Below are positions 1-12,400 of a DNA stretch of 64,000 nt, piece by piece. The position numbers and the translations under genes are program-made. How positions within the stretch are numbered: position 1 is the stretch's first letter; the number at the start of each line of letters is the position of its first letter. The notes beneath the pieces were generated by a model. That model searched no databases, was not told the DNA's origin, and saw only the letters and a program-made list of their open reading frames with translations. This stretch comes from Magallana gigas. Lineage: Eukaryota. The stretch spans positions 43,028,001 to 43,092,000 of the forward strand of contig NC_088855.1 in NCBI RefSeq assembly GCF_963853765.1. The letters run 5' to 3'.

Positions 1-3000
1 GAGGGACGGGTCAGAATTATGACAGCCTTTCAGGACACGTAACCGTTGTCGGCAAATACACCAGAAAATGTCTCGGATTCGGTTTAGCATGCAGATCATG
101 TCGGAAGTGTACATACGCCAGATGGAATAAAACGCAAGTTAAAAATCATAACTGCAAGAGAAATTGGACAGGATCCGCGAAGGGAATGGAACCATTTTTA
201 ACGGTGAAATGTCTCAAGTCATTGAAAGAAAAAGGCTTTAATGTCAAAAAGCTAACCATGGATGATGACACAACCACATTCATCAGAGCTAAAAAAGCAA
301 TCTCCCCGGAGTTAACGAAATCTAGCGATAAAAATCATGTCGTCAAGAATCTTACTAGCAATTTATACAAACTTCGACAGGAAAACAAAAACTTGAGTGT
401 GAAGATTATTAACTATTTCAAGAAATGTTTTTCATACGCAGTTCAGCAAAATCGAGGTAGCCCAGCATCCCTGCAGAAAAATTTAGAGGCTATTGTTCCC
501 CATGCATTTGGAGAGCATGTCAAGTGTGATGTACACTGGTGTGGATTTTTGAAAGCCCCAAATTTGTACAAGCACAAGTCGCTACCGCACGGCAAAGACC
601 TACACGACGAGGGTCTGCGGAAGTCACTGTCTTGTGTATTCGCTAAATATGCCGCTAATGCCGACAAACTTGCTGATTTGGAGTCTTCAAATTCAAATGA
701 GAATCTCAACCAAATGATTGCAAAGAAGGCGCCAAAATCACAACACTATTCTGGGTCAGAGAGTTTAGCCTATCGCCTATCTGCATCTGTAGCACAGAAA
801 AATGAGGGACACAAGTATATGTTAGAGGTAAGTATCTAAATTAAAAAAAAAACACGTTTATTATTCGTAAATTAGGGGGGGGGGTGTCAGGGTGATGGGT
901 GACCGAATTACCTGTATATTTTTGTGTAAGAATGTTTTTTTATAATCTTGTTATACATAATTGTCTCTTCTAATTACGTAGGTCAACAAAACGTGCAATC
1001 TTTCACCTGGAAAACACACAGCAGAAAGGCTTCAAAAGTTGGACGTGAAGAGAAACATAAAGAGAGCCAAACAGGGCACTGTCCAGGCGAAGCGGGATAG
1101 GCTAAGGGCAAAGGAAAATCGGCATTCTGCACAAGCATTAGAGGAACTTAAGGAAGGAACAACGTACGAGTCGGGTGTTTTAATAAATAAAGAAGAGGCT
1201 CAGCTTGAAGAAGAGATACAAGAAATCCCTTTACCAGAAACCGACAAAAAACGGACTGTGGTCTCCCCTGCTCCGTCTTCTTCTAGTTCAATTATTGTTC
1301 TTGATCTAGAAACTACAGGATTTGGTAAGTGTTTACTATACATTTATATTATGAATTGATGAAAATATAGAATCTAAGTAATTATATGTTTCAAAGATGT
1401 AAGACATTTTGTGTATTTATTTTCAGCTACAGAAAGCAGTATTATACAAATTGCGGCAAGAGATTTAAAAACATCTGATCATTATGTGAGATTTATCATG
1501 CCAGAAAATGGTTTTGTCCCGTCTGCCGTATCAAAGCTGACTGGCATCGAAGTGCATGGACTGACCATGTATTATAACCTTGTTCCGGTAGAATTTACAT
1601 CATGCAAACGTGCAGTTGATGAATTCCTGGCATGGCTGAAAAAATACAAATCGCCGCTGCTTGTTGCGCACAATGCAAAGTTCGATGCGCGCATCCTAGT
1701 GTCCACCATGTGCAGACTTAAGATGGATGACCACCTTAAGGACATCGCTGGATTTAGTGATTCAATGCATCTTTTCAAAAAAGAATATCCAGGAAGAGGC
1801 TCCTACAAACTGGAAAGTCTATCAACCGACCTAATGGAGCAGCAGTTTGAAAACATGCATAATGCCGAAGTCGACGTCAACATATTGACAGCTCTATTGA
1901 AAAGAGTGTCAAACGTACATGAAAAACTGATAGACATATCATTTTCAACTGAAAGTGTTCTCGTTAACAATCAAAAACTGATCAACAAAAAAATGTATTT
2001 GTCAAGTTTCAGTGGTTTAATAAATGAACAGGTACTCTCTAAAACACAGTGCAGCAATCTAGCCGCGCAGGGAATTGGCGAATTCCACATATCTTTAGTT
2101 AGAAAACGGGCAGGAACGGAAGGGATAAAAAATATGCTGAGGGGGAAAATCACAAAACTTGACTCTGTTTGTGAAAAACTTTCCAAGTTCTACAGTTCAA
2201 ATAATGCACAATGAATCATGGTTAATGCCTGCATGTGATCTTACAAAAACAACGTGTTATACATGATTGTATAATTAGGGTCAAGTAAGCCTTCTCTTTT
2301 CTTGTCTTGTCAGACAAAATGATCTCTTTTGTGCTTTCAAATTATCCAAACACTCATTATTACCATTTTTTAAAAAATATTGTGTATTTTTAATTAGTTT
2401 AATGATTATAAGCTTTTTTATCTTTTGAAAAAAAATCACTTTTACTCAAATGTTATAAATGTATGAATGTGTACATGTACGAAATATCAGATAAAATGTG
2501 CTTATACTTCCACATTTTTTAAAATTTTTTTTTTTTGGGGTGGGGGTGGGGGGGGGGGGTGGGGGTGCTATATAGTGCTATATAATGTTAAAGAGAAATC
2601 CTAGACATTCATTCAATATAACTCTGAAAAAAAGTTGCAGTTTTAACAATTCTAAATTGATTTTCTTGTAAATCCTATAAGAAAATTTAATGAAAGAGAT
2701 TTGACGTTGTACTTACAAGCATGACGTCAAATACGGAAAAGCGACAATTTTCGGTAAATAATCGGAAATATAAAATTAAATAGCAAAAAATCTAGCGAGA
2801 ACACATATCAATTTTTTTACATAATTAATTTGTAAATCACCTTTACTTTACGTACAGAAAATGTTGTTAGATTCGTCTAAGTTGTTAAAAAGTTATTTAC
2901 AATATCTTTAAATAACTTCAATTCGAAAATGAAGAAAAAAATGCTCATTTTCCTATATATTTCATTAGAAAAGCGTCAAAACAGCACAAAAAAACAATAC

Positions 3001-3149
3001 TAAGTTTGAAGCGGCTTTGCATGAAAATAATTTAGGCAAAGTTAATAATTTTTTTATATAATAAAGTTTAAATGCTAACAAACGAATTGACAAATTTTCA
3101 GGGTATGTTTTCTCGTGAGATTTTTTAGGGGGTAAACCCGCGACCCACC
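1..3149 (+). mobile_element. Putative autonomous DNA transposon (left part outside the window); right end ...GACCCACC|TTAA
   Basis: Contains the transposase fusion ORF, followed by about 930 bp of subterminal sequence ending in CC then TTAA (3150-3153). That end fits Kolobok-type YY termini with a TTAA target. The left TIR is not visible, so the end is inferred. Confidence 0.65.
3..2214 (+). CDS. Spliced transposase-exonuclease fusion, 5'-truncated by the window edge: Mutator-like/Kolobok-type DDE transposase + DEDDh 3'-5' exonuclease + C-terminal SAM-like region (651 aa visible)
   Basis: Exons 3-827, 982-1324, 1427-2214 with GT-AG introns in matching phases (0, then 1). The frame is open from base 3 (GTGQNYDSLSGH...CRSCRKC...HNCKRNWTGSAKGME). 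Transposase motifs: TMDDD, DKNH (D/CxxH), SNSNENLN...KKAPK (catalytic E). Exonuclease motifs: VLDLETTG (ExoI, split by intron 2), AHNAKFD (ExoII), HNAEVD (ExoIII). Confidence 0.88.
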
Positions 3150-3439
3150 TTAACTGTATATTTGATTCATACATGTATTTCTACTTTTATAGTTTGGGAA
3201 TGGTTTTCTAACATTTTTATTATTCCATAAATTTTTTAAGTTATTCATTACCCATTTCATACTTTAAAGAAAATTATTTATAAGCACATGTACTTAACAT
3301 AAGTCATACATTTGATAAACCAGTACATGTTTGGATCTTTTTACCAACAATTAAGGGACAGCCAGTCTAAATTGTCCATGAATGTAAATACATGTATAAT
3401 ATGAACTATATGATTTCTGATGTATTCTGTTGTTGACAG

Positions 3440-6400
3440 AGAAGCCAGCCAGAGATCCAGTGTCAGGCAGTGGATGCTATATATAAACTGATCAGCTGTA
3501 ACAACAGGTAATTAGTCTTACCACTGGCATTCAGGCCAAGCATTCCATTTTAGGAGATACTCACAATTTTTAGCAGTTGAAAAGGCAAACCTTGATATCT
3601 TGTGGATTTCTGACAGACGAATACTACGTGTGTAGCTCAATCAGATTTTGTGATTTATTCAATCAACATACCATTTTTTAAGGCGTCGAGCTAATGCTCG
3701 AGAGCCTTCTAGCGATCGTCTGGATTGGCAATCATCCAAATTCATTGCATAAGTATAAATTTGCTTAATCAAGAATTGGCAGATGAATACAATCAGGTGT
3801 AAAAATTCACTAAATATTAAATATTATTTTAGTTTATCGCTTACATTTTAATTGGAGAGCGTGCCCGAAATTTGCGATGTAAATTTATTTGTTATCGGGC
3901 ACGGTCTCCAAAATAAATGTAAGCGATAAACGCATCTAGTGATTTTGTTGCTAAAAATAAACACGATAATGTAGTTGGTCTGGTCGAGCATTTTAGATAG
4001 CACGTGTTGTGGATTTGTTTGTAAACAACCGTACCATAGGGAATCTTGTTTCAAACGGGAATTGAAATAAATAAAAGTATGTTTTGTTATTATAATAGGA
4101 ACATACTGTTAATGTATTCAAATCATGAACTTGTGAAAATTGTTTAAAAAAAAATAATTTATTTTTGAACTTTGAAATTTCTTCGAATTTTGTAACAATA
4201 ATGAGTTATTGAATTGTAAAAGCACAAATACCTATTTTATAAGAAAATAAACTTATTTTTGTTTTTAAAGCAGCACAAAACATAATTCATATACTTCTCT
4301 ATTCTATGTCTAAAATTATTTGAAATACGAAGTCACTATTAAATTAACAGAAATTCAAGTTATTGATATCATTCTATATAAAAGAAAATGTCTGTTCGAC
4401 ACCTTTGTGGCCGTTCCGGCCTTTGATTCTAGTATATAAGTAGGGTGATTTCACCATGCATCGGACAGCTTTGGGTTTTTCCCTTTGTTCATGCATCAAA
4501 TATCGTCCAAATATAAACAAAACTTGTTTTAAAAGTTCCAGGTTTTCCCCATGCTTAATTATTGGAGAAATAATTGTGAAATTGTAAAAAATGTAGAAAA
4601 TAAAAAGCAAATTAATGAAGTGTTGAACTATTTCACCATGGATCGGACAATATTCACCAAGCATCGGACAGCTATATAGTAGAGATTTAAAATAACATTT
4701 TCTGGTTTTAATGCAAAAATACAATGGTTCGGAAAAATAAATTCATTCAATTGCTATTCAGATTTCTTTTAATGTAAATCCTCAAATCTACATATAGGAA
4801 TTTAGACTAGTGTTTCTGTTTAAAGGAATATTTATCATGAGGGGTTCTTTATCGTGCCAGCTCCTACAGGAACTTTGGACTAAAAAGGCTGTGTCCGTAG
4901 AACTCGAATTTTAAGTGGTCTGAGGAAAATGTTTGTATCAATTATTTTTTAAATATTTTTTTTACTTCACATTTAAAGTATATCACAAGGAATGGGCACA
5001 TAATCTCCTTATTATTAGAAGAAATCATGCACTGAAAGCTGTCCGATGCATGGTTAATTTGTGTCCGATCCATGGTGAAATGAACATGAAAAATGACCTT
5101 GACATTAATTGTTCAAATTTCTTGGACTTATTTTAATCAAATTTTGCTTTAAAACTTACTTCTTTCTAATTATTTTACGCAGAGAATGCATTTTCACTAA
5201 TTCACAATCAAATGCACAACATTCAAATAATGCTTTAGTGCAAAATCTTCATAACTATATTTTCAATGATGGCATATTTGACGTCATTTAACGATGCCTA
5301 TATTGCTATTTCTTTGACAAAGAGAATGTCAAATTCTTAATAATGATAAAGTTCATTAGTTCTAATTCAGGAATATACGAAACAACACATGAGCGCATGC
5401 ACGTTTTTTGTATATTTATAACCAAAGTTTTCCGATCCAAGGTATCTGTCCAATGCATGCTTAACTCTTCCTACTGTGATAAGCATGATCAATAGCAAAT
5501 ATCTCTCTGAGTAAACTGTTATAATTGTGTATCTCAATGAAGAAAGTTTAGGGTTCCTTCTGTATTTAATAATTATGATATCACACAAGTAGATGAGATA
5601 TTATTTTTAATCTAACATTTTTCAATAGAATATTAGCAATATTAATATTAAGATTTTTTTAGATATATTAAATTCCAGCTTTTACTGTATCAAGAAATTA
5701 CCCTGAAATAAGTTTATGTTCTGATTTTTACGGATCCTAAGTATGTACATGGCTGCATTTAAAAATAGAATATACAGGAAATTACAGTGTTTTGTTGTAA
5801 AAAAAAATTTTCTTAAAATAAAATTTGATTTTTAATGGTTCAATAGAAGAACAGCTGACTAACTGGATTCCTGTTTTAGGTTTGTGAAGGCGTTCAGTGA
5901 CGCCTCAGTCCTTGAAGTTCTGTGTGAGATCCTAGAGGTGGCCGACGAACGAGAGGTCTGTTGTCTTCTCTTGAATCTACAGTATAAATGTTTTCATGAA
6001 AACATTCCTTGTATAGTGTAATTGTGTACTAACTTTAAACTTGAAAGCAAGTTAGTGATAAGATGTTCAGACTGATCGTTATTCATTATTTTGAGATGGA
6101 GAGAGAGAACAACTATTTAAAAGTTGTGATGCATTAACATGTGATGGTTTTTTTCTTCTTCTTCACAGACACTGTATGGAACAGGGAGAGCACTAAATAT
6201 CATCTGTAAAAAATCCAAAAGGTATGTGATCCTGTATTGATTAAATCAGTTGGTTATAAGGGTGGTGCACTAGATAGTTAAACAAATTGCTTTACCGATT
6301 CCTCTATCTGTTTGCAATATCTTTGTACTGCTGTTTAGGTTAAGCTACTGGTACTCCAGTGAAGATGCATTGAAGCTTATATTAAACTGGAATCATAACT

Positions 6401-9400
6401 GTCGCTCATTTTCAATTTTAAACAAGATTCTCACAACATATTCTAATGCACTAAAAATGCTTTCTGTGCATGAAATGGATTTTTGTTTCAGACACATAGT
6501 TTAGATGATAATTTTTTGGACCTTATGAAGTTAGAGAGGTCTGACATTTGCCATAAAATGTACTTGTTTTAAAAGTTATCTTTACAGAAATTAAAAGTGT
6601 TGTACTTTTTCATAAAAAGAATATAATAGGTTTTTAGTATAAAATTCAGTTTTAAAAAAAATTGATACAATTGGTAGATTACATCATTATATTTAGCATT
6701 TTGACTGTAGATGCCTTTACTACTCTGACTTTTATTGTGCATGATGAATGAAGAACACTGAAGGCGCATGCATCTAAATGTCGGGTTTGGAGTCATAGTA
6801 ATTCTGTACTTAGATGAGTTTACTTTTGGTCTTGATGGTTATTGATATTTTAGCCATAATTATTCTTTTTTTTCATCACATATTTTGAGCAACATAAAGT
6901 CTTCCGTGCAAAGCTTTCCCCACTCATTGATCTGAATGTTGAAGCTGGGTATTATCTATGAAAAAGTTTCCAATTCTTTAATTTGTGAGAGTTTTTAGGT
7001 ATCCAAGTAATATAGTGGACACTGGACTCGCTTCTCATTGGGTATGGTGGTTGCCATTTTGGACCTGTGGCTTCTCTTTTGGTACTATGGCTTCCTCCCA
7101 CATCAATGACCCCTTTGCGCTAACATCCATGCCAACAAGAGATATTAATATAAGTTTTAGAAATAGTTTATCAATCATTGTAAAAATAAAATCAAGTTCA
7201 GATTTTACCATATTTATGACACAGTTCAAATCCTGGATGACTACTTGGAAATAACATACTAACCTTCTCTTGAATATAATGGCGTGTTTACCTATGATAT
7301 TGAAGATGAAGCAAGTTAAACATGAAAAAGCATGAAATAGCTTGAAATGAATTTACTTGAATGTTTTTGAGATATGGATTTTGCATGAAATATACACTTG
7401 GCTTTATATTTAAATGCCACAATAAAGATGAAAACATACTTGGGTCGAAAGATTTTGTTATTTAGGGGAGTGATGTGGCAAGAACATGTAGGTCTGCTCT
7501 TTTTGCATTTACATGAGTGGAAAATTTCCTAACAAAATTAAATTGAAAAGTTCAGAATTGCTTACCATTTTACACAAAATTATGTTTGAGTATTTCTGAA
7601 ACTTAGAGAAGTCAAAGTAGTATGTGTTGGTGGGGTGTGGACCATGTGTTTGGGAAATATATGTAAACCTATGCACCCAAAATTGGCCGGAGTACCTATG
7701 CACCTGCCTAAATTATTGCTTAAAGATATTCATCTGTGACAGCAGTGCTTTGTCATTTATTAACAATAATAATTTTAAAAATATATGCACTAAAGCTTTT
7801 CAAGCCCGACATATTTATGAGTGGTTTAGGTTATCAAAACAGATGTTTGTAAATCAAATCCATATTTAAAAAAACAAGAAAATTCCCAGTCAGTCGTAAT
7901 AAGATTAATTGATTGTCGTCAAAAGGTTTTTTTGTGTCAATTTAAATGTATGCTAAACTTCACCCTAGCTTTACCAATGATGATTCGATAGAGACATTCC
8001 AAGAACATTTTGATAACCCCTCTAATATATTGATATTCATGATTAATTTGTATTTTGATTTGTGTTGTTGTGTCTCTTTTGCATATTCATCTTTTAATTA
8101 ACCCATTTAAGGTTCTCCAATCCTCAGCCTCAAAGTATTTTTTTTCATTACAAAAATTTTATCCTTCAAACTTTATAAATGAAATAAAATAGAAAGAATT
8201 TATTTATAGTATCCATGCATTTTACGAAGTTATTGCAATTTTGGCTACAGCGGATATAATGGAATAAATATACAAGCTTTGATCAATTTTTTAAAAGAGG
8301 ATTGTACCGTTGCATCGATGGCTGAAACTCCTGTACTTTGTGTAGTTGGTCTCTGCGGAGCCACTAAGCCAAGCAGGTCGTTGAAAAGCTGATATTAACA
8401 CTACAAAACTAATTAAAATTTGTCTATATAAAAGGCAGATTTATGGTACATATGGAAATGTTCCGGATAATTTAGATTTATTGAACATAGCTGAGGATCA
8501 GTGATTGTTAAGAAACTACTGCGTAACAATAAATTTTATTCCAGTTTTGTTTGTGTAAGTAGAAATGGACCAGACTTAGAGATATGTAATTGTGTGACTA
8601 TTTGATACATATCAAAATACTATGAACTTTTAAACTTTCTGGTCAATTTTATACTTTCATTTTTTGAGTATTTTCTGAAACAAAATACGGAAATGAAGTC
8701 ATTTTTTGAAATTTTTACAATGCTAACAAATTTCAACATCGCATGCTATTAGCTGACAGGGAATAAGAGTCCAAATTCCCAAGACAGTCCTCATCTGTAC
8801 AAGATGATAATACTGTACAATTCAGGACAAGGCATTGTGAAGTTGATTGTGGTTACACAGTAAATTGATACATGCCCTACCCTCGGCCTGCTTTGGGTTG
8901 GTTACCAGGCACTGCAGTAGCTACCTGCACTCATTTCTGGCTCTAACAGATCATTGCAAATTTCCGAAACTTCATTTTCTCATCATAGCTCATCGCTTCC
9001 TCATCATAGCTCATCGCTTCCTCATCATTTCCTTCTCTCTTCTTTTGATAAAGGATTGTTTTTTTTTACAAATTTGTTTAGTATGTGCCGATACCGGAAA
9101 AACCACGTCCGTCTTCCGGGACAACAAGATTCAGTCATCAATGTTATAACACAATCACGTTCACAACTACCTGTCTCTACCAAGAAGTGGTAAGTGTGAA
9201 CGCTGACGGGGCCGGCTTCACTCTCTGTAGTCTCTCTGTCACTAATGTAGATAATAGTCAGACTCTGAACAAGCTCGGGCTTGAATGATGCTACAGCTAC
9301 CCACAGCCCCTCTTATACAGCTTTGTAAATGAAACACATATTGAAAACTTGACTGGTTAGAGTGGTCTTGCATGATGATTAGCAATGGTAGAGCCATCTA

Positions 9401-12400
9401 GCAATGGTCATTCTTGCTTGCTCCTGCATTTTCAGTAGGGTAGAACATTCCTAGAGTCCTTTTTTATTCAGAGTGTATTCTTCAATGTTTACATATTTTT
9501 GTTTTATTTATTTGTTTGCAGTGCTTCTGATATTGTGTACCACTTCAAAGTCTGTCATTTAATTGCGGCATCACTGGAACGCACCACCGACCTCGAGGCT
9601 TGCCGAGCTCTCCTGGAGTTTCTTGTGACACTAGTGGATAAAAATGGGTAGGATTGACAGGAAAATAATATTATGTACATAAAGGTCTCTTTGATTGCTG
9701 TATCTGCACCAATATGCTTAAAAGTGTCTAGCTAACAGAGGATAGAAAGAGTTTATGCTTAAAAAAGATATACCGTATTTTTCCGACGATTAGTCGGTAT
9801 TTTTTTCTTTTAAGCAGAGCACCCGACTTATCGTCTTGATCGACTTGTCTAAGGCTTGAGGTCAGAAAATTGTTAAAAATATTATTAAAAATCTTGGTTT
9901 TAATCATCTTGAGTTGGCTGTGTGCTTGAAAATTATGTTGTTGAATTCATTGTTCATCTTTAATAATTATCATTTTCACCCATCTGTTAACACTAGAATA
10001 CATAATAATAACAGTTATTAAAAAATGCTGTCAAATGCTGTTTTGCACATCACGCGATATCTGGAATTGTTTACAATGCAGGCAACTTTGTAAATGTTGC
10101 CGGTATTTGAAAATATGATGCATAAAGTACAAAGTGTAATTGTTTAATTTTTAATCATTAATAATTTTTGGTAGCAATATTGGGGACATCATGGCATCAT
10201 TCACTGATAATGTTACTGCATTTTTATACGCCATTTTGAAGTGATAAGATAGACGTATCGTCTGAATCGACGTATCGTAGGATTTTGTTAAAATTTTTGC
10301 TAAAAATGAGCAATTCGACTAGTCGTCTGCATCGACATTCGTCGGGAAAATACAGTATGTACTTTGGAGAAGAGAAACTGTAATATAATGGTACATTTAA
10401 TTAATGACTCTAATAGAAGATGTCATCTAAACTTTTATAGGTCAAATTGGCCAAACTCTTAGGACAATAAAACAGTTGCTTTAAAATTCACTTACCACTC
10501 ATTTTAACACCACAAGTCTTTAAAATCTGTGCAGTAAAGTAGTACATGTACATGTAATGGCAAATCTTGTCTGATACTGAAACATTCATATTCTACCTGT
10601 AAATGAATATAAATATATGTTTCAATTCTTAAAGCTGAACACCGCTCGTAAATAGGCACTGTCCGCCATATTTCTCTTTAATCACTGCTGTCCTTACAAC
10701 CCTTATATAAGGGACAGACCTCTAAACAGTTCAAAATACTTTGCTGTAGAAGTCTCACCTGTGTGGACGTACATTTTGTCTCGCCGTGTTACTCGGTCGC
10801 GATGAAATTATCAAATGTTACGGACCTTTTTGGAGCCAGGAGAATACTAACATCAAATAAATTGGTCAATGCATTATTTACGAACAGAAAATGAAGATAA
10901 GAAAAAAATGCATAAAATCTAAAGACCACAAAAGGAATACTACATGTCGGCCACGAGGTTCAGGTGTGCAATCGGGTGTAACGAAATCGAAGGGTTTATA
11001 TACCAGGTATCTGTGTGACGGTGCCTATTTACGAGCGGTGTTCAGCTTTAACATGTAAAATATTTTACTTCACAATTAGGATGTGATGTGATACAGAAAA
11101 TGTTTTCAATGCTTAACTGATTATGATGGAGGAACAATCTTTTTAGTGACATAGGAAATGATATCTATGAAATTGTGAACATTATTGTATTTGAAAATTA
11201 TGTTTATTAAACGGTCTTGAGTTAGATTAAATGACCCTTCAGATTGTTTATTAAAGATGCATGTATGTTAACACTTCAGTATACCCAGAACACATTTTTT
11301 TCTTCCTAAAGAAAACAAGAACCACTTCACAATGAAAAACTTGCCAAAGTTGTTGTTTCCAAGATGGATTCGTTCTTCAAAGATGATGTGGTGAGTTCAC
11401 AGTGTACTCTAATATGACCATAGTTACAAAATAACTCAAGAGAAATCTTTTTCTGGAACAAAATTTATTTGGCACGTTGTGTTGTATAAATCACAGTGTT
11501 TAAAGTTTTATATTTCTAATCACTATATTAACATGGTGGATCATTGAGTAAAGGTCTTTAGATTTTTGCTTTCATAGTAAGTTCTATGTCCCATGGATTT
11601 TTTGTTCAGAAAGTTAAGCACAATTTTACATTAGCACAGCCTTATGCATTTTCAAGCAAGTGTCAAACAACTCCATATCACAGTTAATGGCCTGTAATGC
11701 TTGGGTTCCTGCGATTATTCACTGACTTCTGTACATCTGACAGAAGTTCTCAGTCTCTGGTTGGGCCATTCTATCAATGACCAGTCTTCTGGTAGGGGAC
11801 TCTGGGAGAACGGTCACTCCCTCCCCAGGGGAAGTCTGGAGGATCAGGTTAGACAACTCCAGAACCCTGGACCAGACCTTCCTCCTGTAACACTTGACCA
11901 TGTACTGGTATCCCTCAATCACTGAGAGTCGCAGTAGGTATTGGCGCTGAAATTCATTCTGCCCAGTCACTGAGGCCTGGAACAATCTCTGGTCAAGTTC
12001 CTTTTGAATGCTTTCTGAATTAAACAGAAAAAGGTTGCCATATGAATTATATGTCCTCAACCAGAATAACCTACAGGTCACTAATAAAAGTCATGCAACC
12101 TATTTCAACTAGAAGTTATATCCACTTCATTTTACCAGCGTTTACATGCAAAATATGATAATAAAAGTTAAAAGTATTGGTTCTGATAGCTTCAGTTTTC
12201 ATACAAGGGAATTGGTTGACAATTCATCAAATAATTTTTTGGAAAAACTTATCCTTTTTGTGTAACACACATTCCAAATTTACAAGTCTTGATTTAAAAA
12301 AAAATTCATCTAATTCTTAAATATGCTTTGTCCTTGCCTTTGATTCAGGACAGTTTGCTTCAATTATAAAACTTCCTTACAAAATCTTTATACTCTCAAA

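Noticed and set aside
443-2186. Antisense ORFs over the transposase/exonuclease (likewise over VWDE, FBXL8, SLC5A7 and RGK exons)
   Set aside because: Shadow frames of real coding exons with no independent motifs.
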